Shown here piece by piece: positions 1-11,160 of a stretch of DNA of 64,000 bases. Within the stretch, counting starts at the first letter, position 1. Each line of letters starts with the position of its first letter. Position numbers and translations under genes: made by a program. The stretch spans positions 4,774,001 through 4,838,000 of the forward strand of contig OZ024742.1 of the NCBI GenBank assembly GCA_964016885.1, read 5' to 3'. The notes under the pieces are model-generated. The model had not been told where the DNA came from and searched no databases. It saw nothing but the letters and a program-made list of their open reading frames with translations. This DNA comes from Eledone cirrhosa. Its lineage: Eukaryota.

Positions 1-149
1 TAGTAATGTGCTATAGTGGTCTGATATCTCTGTAGTTAGACAACATATAGTAATGTGCTATAGTTGTTTGATATTTCTATAGTTAGACTACATATAGTAA
101 TGTGCTATAGTGGTTTCATATCTCTGTAGTTAGACTACATATAGTAATG

Positions 150-3100
150 TGCTATAGTGGTTTGATATCTCTGTAGTTAGACTACATATAGTAATGTGCT
201 ATAGTGGTATGATATCTCTGTAGTTAGACTACATATAGTAATGTGCTATAGTGGTTTGATATCTCTGTAGTTAGACTACATATAGTAATGTGCTATAGTG
301 GTATGATATCTCTGTAGTTAGACTACATATAATGATGTGCTAGAGTGGTTTGCTATCTCTGTAGTTAGAAAACATAAAGTAATGTGCTATAGTGGTTTGA
401 TATCTCTCTGGTTAGACTACATATCCTAAGGTGCAATAGTGGTCTGATATCTCTGTAGTTAGACAACATATAGTAATGTGCTATAGTGGTCTGATATCTC
501 TGTAGTTAGACAACATATAGTAATGTGCTATAGTGGCCTGATATCTCAGTAGTTAGACTACATATAGTAATGTGCTATAGTTGTTTGATATCTCTGTAGT
601 TAGACTAAATATAGTAATGTGCTATAGTGGTCTGATATCTCTGTAGTTAGACAACATATAGTAATGTGCTATAGTGGCCTGATACCTCTGTAGTTAGACA
701 ACATATAGTAATGTGCTATAGTTGTTTGATATCTCTGTAGTTAGACTACATATAGTAATGTGCTATAGTGGTTGATATCTCTGTAGTTAGACTACATATA
801 GTAATGAGGTATAGTGGTTTGATATCTCTGTAGTTAGACTACATATAGTAATGTGCTATAGTGGTATGATATCTCTGTAGTTAGACAACATATAGTAATG
901 TGCTATAGTGGTTTGATATCTCTGTAGTTAGACAGCATATAGTAAAGTGTTATAGTGGCCTGATATCTCTGTAGTTAGACTACATATAGTAATGTGCTAT
1001 AGTGGTCTGATATCTCTGTAGTTAGACAACATATAGTAATGTGCTATAGTGGTCTGATTTCTTTGTAGTTAGACAACATATAGTAATGTGCTATAGTGGC
1101 CTGATATCTCTGTAGTTAGACTACATATAGTAATGTGCTATAGTGGTCTGACTTCTCTGTAGTTAGTCTACATATAGTAATGTGCTATAGTGGCCTGATA
1201 TCTCTCTAGTTAGACTACATATAGTAATGTGCTATAGTGGCCTGATATCTCTGTAGTTAGACAACATATAGTAATGTGCTATAGTGGTTTGATATTTCTG
1301 TAGTTAGACAACATATAGTAATGTGCTATAGTGGCCTGATATGTCTGTAGTTAGACTACATATAGTAATGTGCTATAGTGGTCTGATATCTCTGTAGTTA
1401 GACTACATATAGTAATACGCTATAGTGGTTTGATATCTCTGTAGTTAGACTACATATAGTAGTGTGCTATAGTGGTCTGATATCTCTGTAGTTAGACAAC
1501 ATATAGTAATGTGCTATAGTGGTCTGATATCTCTCTAGTTAGACTACATATAGTAATACGCTATAGTGGTTTGATATCTCTGTAGTTAGACTACATATAG
1601 TAGTGTGCTATAGTGGTCTGATAGCTCTGTAGTTAGACAACATATAGTAATGTGCTATAGTGGTCTGATTTCTCTGTAGTTAGACAACATATAGCAATGT
1701 GGTATAGTGGCCTGATATCTCTGTAGTTAGACTACATACAGTAATGTGCTATAGTGGTCTGATTTCTCTGTAGTTAGACAACATATAGTAATGTGCTATA
1801 GTGGCCTGATATGTCTGTAGTTAGACTACATATAGTAATGTGCTATAGTGGTCTGATATCTCTGTAGTTAGACAACATATAGTAATGTGCTATAGTGGTT
1901 TGATATCTCTGTAGTTAGACAACATATAGTAATGTGCTATAGTGGCCTGATATCTCTGTAGTTAGACTACATATAGTAATGTGCTATAGTGGTCTGATAT
2001 CCCTGTAGTTAGACAACATATAGTAATGTGCTATAGTTGTTTGATATTTCTATAGTTAGACTACATATAGTAATGTGCTATATTGGTTTGATATCTCTGT
2101 AGTTAGACTACATATAGTAATGTGCTATAGTGGTTTGATATCTCTGTAGTTAGACTACATATAGTAATGTGCTATAGTGGTATGATATCTCTGAGGTTAG
2201 ACTACATATAGTAATGTGCTATAGTGGTTTGATATCTCTGTAGTTAGACTACATATAGTAATGTGCTATAGTGGTATGATATCTCTGTAGTTAGACTACA
2301 TATAGTAATGTGCTATAGTGGTTTGATATCTCTGTAGTTAGACTACATGTTGTAATGTGCTAGAGTGGTTTGATATCTCTCTAGTTAGACTACATATAGT
2401 AATGTGCTATAGTGGCCTGATATCTCTGTAGTTAGACTACATATAGTAATCTGCTATATTGGTCTGATATCTCTGTTGTTAGACAACATATAGTGACGTG
2501 CTATAGTGGCCTGATATCTCTGTAGTTAGACTACATATAGTAATGTGCTATAGTGGTTTGATATCTCTGTAGTTAGACTACATATAGTAATGTGCTATAG
2601 TGGTATGATATCTCTGTAGTTAGACTACATATAGTAATGTGCTATAGTGGTTTGATATCTCTGTAGTTAGACTACATATAGTAATGTGCTATAGTGGTAT
2701 GATATCTCTGTAGTTAGACTACATATAATGATGTGCTAGAGTGGTTTGCTATCTCTGTAGTTAGAAAACATAAAGTAATGTGCTATAGTGGTTTGATATC
2801 TCTCTGGTTAGACTACATATCCTAAGGTGCAATAGTGGTCTGATATCTCTGTAGTTAGACAACATATAGTAATGTGCTATAGTGGTCTGATATCTCTGTA
2901 GTTAGACAACATATAGTAATGTGCTATAGTGGCCTGATATCTCAGTAGTTAGACTACATATAGTAATGTGCTATAGTTGTTTGATATCTCTGTAGTTAGA
3001 CTAAATATAGTAATGTGCTATAGTGGTCTGATATCTCTGTAGTTAGACAACATATAGTAATGTGCTATAGTGGCCTGATACCTCTGTAGTTAGACAACAT

Positions 3101-4950
3101 ATAGTAAAGTGCTATAGTTGTTTGATATCTCTGTAGTTAGACTACATATAGTAATGTGCTATAGTGGTTGATATCTCTGTAGTTAGACTACATATAGTAA
3201 TGAGGTATAGTGGTTTGATATCTCTGTAGTTAGACTACATATAGTAATGTGCTATAGTGGTATGATATCTCTGTAGTTAGACAACATATAGTAATGTGCT
3301 ATAGTGGTTTGATATCTCTGTAGTTAGACAGCATATAGTAAAGTGTTATAGTGGCCTGATATCTCTGTAGTTAGACTACATATAGTAATGTGCTATAGTG
3401 GTCTGATATCTCTGTAGTTAGACAACATATAGTAATGTGCTATAGTGGTCTGATTTCTTTGTAGTTAGACAACATATAGTAATGTGCTATAGTGGCCTGA
3501 TATCTCTGTAGTTAGACTACATATAGTAATGTGCTATAGTGGTCTGACTTCTCTGTAGTTAGACTACATATAGTAATGTGCTATAGTGGCCTGATATCTC
3601 TCTAGTTAGACTACATATAGTAATGTGCTATAGTGGCCTGATATCTCTGTAGTTAGACAACATATAGTAATGTGCTATAGTGGTTTGATGTTTCTGTAGT
3701 TAGACAACATATAGTAATGTGCTATAGTGGCCTGATATGTCTGTAGTTAGACTACATATAGTAATGTGCTATAGTGGTCTGATATCTCTGTAGTTAGACT
3801 ACATATAGTAATACGCTATAGTGGTTTGATATCTCTGTAGTTAGACTACATATAGTAGTGTGCTATAGTGGTCTGATATCTCTGTAGTTAGACAACATAT
3901 AGTAATGTGCTATAGTGGTCTGATATCTCTCTAGTTAGACTACATATAGTAATACGCTATAGTGGTTTGATATCTCTGTAGTTAGACTACATATAGTAGT
4001 GTGCTATAGTGGTCTGATAGCTCTGTAGTTAGACAACATATAGTAATGTGCTATAGTGGTCTGATTTCTCTGTAGTTAGACAACATATAGCAATGTGGTA
4101 TAGTGGCCTGATATCTCTGTAGTTAGACTACATACAGTAATGTGCTATAGTGGTCTGATTTCTCTGTAGTTAGACAACATATAGTAATGTGCTATAGTGG
4201 CCTGATATGTCTGTAGTTAGACTACATATAGTAATGTGCTATAGTGGTCTGATATCTCTGTAGTTAGACAACATATAGTAATGTGCTATAGTGGTTTGAT
4301 ATCTCTGTAGTTAGACAACATATAGTAATGTGCTATAGTGGCCTGATATCTCTGTAGTTAGACTACATATAGTAATGTGCTATAGTTGTTTGATATTTCT
4401 ATAGTTAGACTACATATAGTAATGTGCTATATTGGTTTGATATCTCTGTAGTTAGACTACATATAGTAATGTGCTATAGTGGTTTGATATCTCTGTAGTT
4501 AGACTACATATAGTAATGTGCTATAGTGGTATGATATCTCTGAGGTTAGACTACATATAGTAATGTGCTATAGTGGTTTGATATCTCTGTAGTTAGACTA
4601 CATATAGTAATGTGCTATAGTGGTATGATATCTCTGTAGTTAGACTACATATAGTAATGTGCTATAGTGGTTTGATATCTCTGTAGTTAGACTACATGTT
4701 GTAATGTGCTAGAGTGGTTTGATATCTCTCTAGTTAGACTACATATAGTAATGTGCTATAGTGGCCTGATATCTCTGTAGTTAGACTACATATAGTAATC
4801 TGCTATATTGGTCTGATATCTCTGTTGTTAGACAACATATAGTGACGTGCTATAGTGGCCTGATATCTCTGTAGTTAGACTACATATAGTAATGTGCTAT
4901 AGTGGTTTGATATCTCTGTAGTTAGACTACATATAGTAATGTGCTATAGT
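150..4950. repeat. Tandem higher-order duplication, 51/50 monomers (~2.35-2.40 kb), 2 copies
   Basis: TGCTATCTC at 351/2747 and CTAAGGTGCAAT at 426/2822 give an offset of 2396 (51x47-1, including one 46-bp monomer). TGAGGTTAG at 2192/4541 gives 2349, because one monomer is missing from copy 2. Boundaries are approximate. Confidence 0.9.
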
Positions 4951-7900
4951 CGTATGATATCTATGTAGTTAGACTACATATAGTAATGTGCTATAGTGGT
5001 TTGATATCTCTGTAGTTAGACTACATATAGTAACGTGCTATAGTGGTATGATATCGCTGTAGTTAGACTACATATAGTAATGTGCTATAGTGGTTTGATA
5101 TTTCTGTAGTAAGACTACATATAGTAATGTGCTAGAGTGGTTTGATATCTCTGTAGTTAGACAACATATAGTAATGTGCTATAGTGGTCTGATATCTCTG
5201 TAGTTAGACTACATATAATGATGTGCTAGAGTGTTTTGATATCTCTGTAGTTAGAAAACATAAAGTAATGTGCTATAGTGGTTTGATATCTCTCTGGTTA
5301 GACTGCATATGCTAATGTGCTATAGTGGTCTGATATCTCTGTAGTTAGACAACATATAGTAATGTGCTATAGTGGTCTGATATCTCTGTAGTTAGACAAC
5401 ATATATTAATGTGCAATAGTGGCCTGATATCTCAGTAGTTAGACTACATATAGTAATGTGCTATAGTTGTTTGATATCTCTATAGTTATACTACATATAG
5501 TAATGTGCTATAGTGGTCTGATATCTCTGTAGTTAGACAACATATAGTAATGTGCTATAGTGGCCTTATATCTTTGTAGTTAGACAACATATAGTAATGT
5601 GCTATAGTTGTTTGATATCACTGTAGTTAGACTACATATAGTAATGTGCTATAGTGGTCTGATATCTCTGTAGTTACACAACATATAGTAATGTGCTATA
5701 GTGGCCTGATAACTCTGTAGTTAAACAACATATAGTAATGTGCTATAGTTGTTTGATATCACTGTAGTTAGACTACAAATAGTAATGTGCTATAGTGGTT
5801 TGATATCTCTGTAGTTAGACTACATATAGTAATGTGCTATAGTGGTTTGATATCTCTGTAGTTAGACTACATATAATAATGTGCTATACTGGTATGATAT
5901 CTCTGTAGTTAGACAACATATAATAATGTGCTATAGTGGTTTGATATCTCTGTAGTTAGACAACATATAGTAATGTGCTATAGTGGCCTGATATCTCTGC
6001 AATTAGACAACATATAATAATATGCTATAGTGGTCTGTTATTTCTCTGTAGTTAGACAAAATATAGAAATGTGCTATAGTGGTCTGATATCTCTCTAGTT
6101 AGTCTACATATAGTAATGTGCTATAGTGGTCTGATATCTCTGTAGTTAGACAACATATAGTAATGTGCTATAGTGGTTTGATATCTCTGTAGTTAGACTA
6201 CATATAATAATGTGCTGTACTGGTATGATATCTCTGTAGTTAGACAACATATAATAATGTGCTATAGTGGTTTGATATCTCTGTAGTTAGACAACATATA
6301 GTAATGTGCTATAGTGGCCTGATATCTCTGCAATTAGACAACATATAGTAATGTGCTATAGTGGTCTGTTATTTCTCTGTAGTTAGACAAAATATAGAAA
6401 TGTGCTATAGTGGTCTGATATCTCTCTAGTTAGACTACATATAGTAATGTGCTATAGTGGTCTGATATCTCTGTAGTTAGAAAACATAAAGTAATGTGCT
6501 ATAGTGGTTTGATATCTCTCTGGTTAGACTACATATCCTAATGTGCTATAGTGGTCTGATATCTCTGTAGTTAGACAACATATAGTAATGTGCTATAGTG
6601 GTCTGATATCTCTGTAGTTAGACAACATATAGTAATGTGCTATAGTGGCCTGATATCTCAGTAGTTAGACTACATATAGTAATGTGCTATAGTTGTTTGA
6701 TATCTCTGTAGTTAGACTACATATAGTAATGTGCTATAGTGGTTGATATCTCTGTAGTTAGACTACATATAGTAATGTGCTATAGTGGTCTGATATCTCT
6801 GTAGTTAGACAACATATAGTAATGTGCTATAGTGGCCTGATATCTCAGTAGTTAGACTACATATAGTAATGTGCTATAGTTGTTTGATATCTCTGTAGTT
6901 AGACTAAATATAGTAATGTGCTATAGTGGTCTGATATCTCTGTAGTTAGACAACATATAGTAATGTGCTATAGTGGCCTGATACCTCTGTAGTTAGACAA
7001 CATATAGTAATGTGCTATAGTTGTTTGATATCTCTGTAGTTAGACTACATATAGTAATGTGCTATAGTGGTTGATATCTCTGTAGTTAGACTACATATAG
7101 TAATGAGGTATAGTGGTTTGATATCTCTGTAGTTAGACTACATATAGTAATGTGCTATAGTGGTATGATATCTCTGTAGTTAGACAACATATAGTAATGT
7201 GCTATAGTGGTTTGATATCTCTGTAGTTAGACAGCATATAGTAAAGTGTTATAGTGGCCTGATATCTCTGTAGTTAGACTACATATAGTAATGTGCTATA
7301 GTGGTCTGATATCTCTGTAGTTAGACAACATATAGTAATGTGCTATAGTGGTCTGATTTCTTTGTAGTTAGACAACATATAGTAATGTGCTATAGTGGCC
7401 TGATATCTCTGTAGTTAGACTACATATAGTAATGTGCTATAGTGGTCTGACTTCTCTGTAGTTAGACTACATATAGTAATGTGCTATAGTGGCCTGATAT
7501 CTCTCTAGTTAGACTACATATAGTAATGTGCTATAGTGGCCTGATATCTCTGTAGTTAGACAACATATAGTAATGTGCTATAGTGGTTTGATATTTCTGT
7601 AGTTAGACAACATATAGTAATGTGCTATAGTGGCCTGATATGTCTGTAGTTAGACTACATATAGTAATGTGCTATAGTGGTCTGATATCTCTGTAGTTAG
7701 ACTACATATAGTAATACGCTATAGTGGTTTGATATCTCTGTAGTTAGACTACATATAGTAGTGTGCTATAGTGGTCTGATATCTCTGTAGTTAGACAACA
7801 TATAGTAATGTGCTATAGTGGTCTGATATCTCTCTAGTTAGACTACATATAGTAATACGCTATAGTGGTTTGATATCTCTGTAGTTAGACTACATATAGT

Positions 7901-10900
7901 AGTGTGCTATAGTGGTCTGATAGCTCTGTAGTTAGACAACATATAGTAATGTGCTATAGTGGTCTGATTTCTCTGTAGTTAGACAACATATAGCAATGTG
8001 GTATAGTGGCCTGATATCTCTCTAGTTAGACTACATATAGTAATGTGCTATAGTGGCCTGATATCTCTGTAGTTAGACAACATATAGTAATGTGCTATAG
8101 TGGTTTGATATTTCTGTAGTTAGACAACATATAGTAATGTGCTATAGTGGCCTGATATGTCTGTAGTTAGACTACATATAGTAATGTGCTATAGTGGTCT
8201 GATATCTCTGTAGTTAGACTACATATAGTAATACGCTATAGTGGTTTGATATCTCTGTAGTTAGACTACATATAGTAGTGTGCTATAGTGGTCTGATATC
8301 TCTGTAGTTAGACAACATATAGTAATGTGCTATAGTGGTCTGATATCTCTCTAGTTAGACTACATATAGTAATACGCTATAGTGGTTTGATATCTCTGTA
8401 GTTAGACAACATATAGTAATGTGCTATAGTGGTTTGATATTTCTGTAGTTAGACAACATATAGTAATGTGCTATAGTGGTTTGATATTTCTGTAGTTAGA
8501 CAACATATAGTAATGTGCTATAGTGGCCTGATATGTCTGTAGTTAGACTACATATAGTAATGTGCTATAGTGGTCTGATATCTCTGTAGTTAGACAACAT
8601 ATAGTAATGTGCTATAGTGGTTTGATATCTCTGTAGTTAGACAACATATAGTAATGTGCTATAGTGGCCTGATATCTCTGTAGTTAGACTACATATAGTA
8701 ATGTGCTATAGTGGTCTGATATCTCTGTAGTTAGACAACATATAGTAATCTGCTATAGTTGTTTGATATTTCTATAGTTAGACTACATATAGTAATGTGC
8801 TATATTGGTTTGATATCTCTGTAGTTAGACTACATATAGTAATGTGCTATAGTGGTTTGATATCTCTGTAGTTAGACTACATATAGTAATGTGCTATAGT
8901 GGTATGATATCTCTGAGGTTAGACTACATATAGTAATGTGCTATAGTGGTTTGATATCTCTGTAGTTAGACTACATATAGTAATGTGCTATAGTGGTATG
9001 ATATCTCTGTAGTTAGACTACATATAGTAATGTGCTATAGTGGTTTGATATCTCTGTAGTTAGACTACATGTTGTAATGTGCTAGAGTGGTTTGATATCT
9101 CTCTAGTTAGACTACATATAGTAATGTGCTATAGTGGCCTGATATCTCTGTAGTTAGACTACATATAGTAATCTGCTATATTGGTCTGATATCTCTGTTG
9201 TTAGACAACATATAGTGACGTGCTATAGTGGCCGGATATCTCTGTAGTTAGACTACATATAGTAATGTGCTATAGTGGTTTGATATCTCTGTAGTTAGAC
9301 TACATATAGTAATGTGCTATAGTCGTATGATATCTATGTAGTTAGACTACATATAGTAATGTGCTATAGTGGTTTGATATCTCTGTAGTTAGACTACATA
9401 TAGTAATGTGCTATAGTGGTATGATATCGCTGTAGTTAGACTACATATAGTAATGTGCTATAGTGGTTTGATATTTCTGTAGTAAGACTACATATAGTAA
9501 TGTGCTAGAGTGGTTTGATATCTCTGTAGTTAGACAACATATAGTAATGTGCTATAGTGGTCTGATATCTCTGTAGTTAGACTACATATAATGATGTGCT
9601 AGAGTGTTTTGATATCTCTGTAGTTAGAAAACATAAAGTAATGTGCTATAGTGGTTTGATATCTCTCTGGTTAGACTGCATATGCTAATGTGCTATAGTG
9701 GTCTGATATCTCTGTAGTTAGACAACATATAGTAATGTGCTATAGTGGTCTGATATCTCTGTAGTTAGACAACATATATTAATGTGCAATAGTGGCCTGA
9801 TATCTCAGTAGTTAGACTACATATAGTAATGTGCTATAGTTGTTTGATATCTCTATAGTTATACTATATATAGTAATGTGCTATAGTGGTCTGATATCTC
9901 TGTAGTTAGACAACATATAGTAATGTGCTATAGTGGCCTTATATCTTTGTAGTTAGACAACATATAGTAATGTGCTATAGTTGTTTGATATCACTGTAGT
10001 TAGACTACATATAGTAATGTGCTATAGTGGTCTGATATCTCTGTAGTTACACAACATATAGTAATGTGCTATAGTGGCCTGATAACTCTGTAGTTAAACA
10101 ACATATAGTAATGTGCTATAGTTGTTTGATATCACTGTAGTTAGACTACAAATAGTAATGTGCTATAGTGGTTTGATATCTCTGTAGTTAGACTACATAT
10201 AGTAATGTGCTATAGTGGTTTGATATCTCTGTAGTTAGACTACATATAATAATGTGCTATAGTGGTCTGATATCTCTGTAGTTAGACAACATATAATAAT
10301 GTGCTATAGTGGTTTGATATCTCTGTAGTTAGACAACATATAGTAATGTGCTATAGTGGCCTGATATCTCTGCAATTAGACAACATATAATAATATGCTA
10401 TAGTGGTCTGTTATTTCTCTGTAGTTAGACAAAATATAGAAATGTGCTATAGTGGTCTGATATCTCTCTAGTTAGTCTACATATAGTAATGTGCTATAGT
10501 GGTCTGATATCTCTGTAGTTAGACAACATATAGTAATGTGCTATAGTGGTTTGATATCTCTGTAGTTAGATTACATATAATAATGTGCTGTACTGGTATG
10601 ATATCTCTGTAGTTAGACAACATATAATAATGTGCTATAGTGGTTTGATATCTCTGTAGTTAGACAACATATAGTAATGTGCTATAGTGGCCTGATATCT
10701 CTGCAATTAGACAACATATAGTAATGTGCTATAGTGGTCTGTTATTTCTCTGTAGTTAGACAAAATATAGAAATGTGCTATAGTGGTCTGATATCTCTCT
10801 AGTTAGACTACATATAGTAATGTGCTATAGTGGTCTGATATCTCTGTAGTTAGAAAACATAAAGTAATGTGCTATAGTGGTTTGATATCTCTCTGGTTAG

Positions 10901-11160
10901 ACTACATATCCTAATGTGCTATAGTGGTCTGATATCTCTGTAGTTAGACAACATATAGTAATGTGCTATAGTGGTCTGATATCTCTGTAGTTAGACAACA
11001 TATAGTAATGTGCTATAGTGGCCTGATATCTCAGTAGTTAGACTACATATAGTAATGTGCTATAGTTGTTTGATATCTCTGTAGTTAGACTACATATAGT
11101 AATGTGCTATAGTGGTTGATATCTCTGTAGTTAGACTACATATAGTAATGTGCTATAGTG
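4200..11160. repeat. Block duplication at a 93-monomer offset (~4.2-6.8 kb repeated at ~8.6-11.2 kb)
   Basis: TGAGGTTAG at 4541/8914, and 49-bp variant monomers at 6037/10410 and 6368/10741, all have an offset of 4373 (93x47+2). Confidence 0.85.

Noticed and set aside
1-47. CENP-B box or tRNA/5S-derived monomer
   Set aside because: The consensus has no CpG-containing TTCG...CGGG motif and no recognisable Pol III A/B box or cloverleaf.
10-55. Promoter or terminator signals (TATA-like TATAGT/TATAAT, hairpin)
   Set aside because: These are expected in an AT-rich repeat. There is no downstream gene, and the stem is short with no U-tract.
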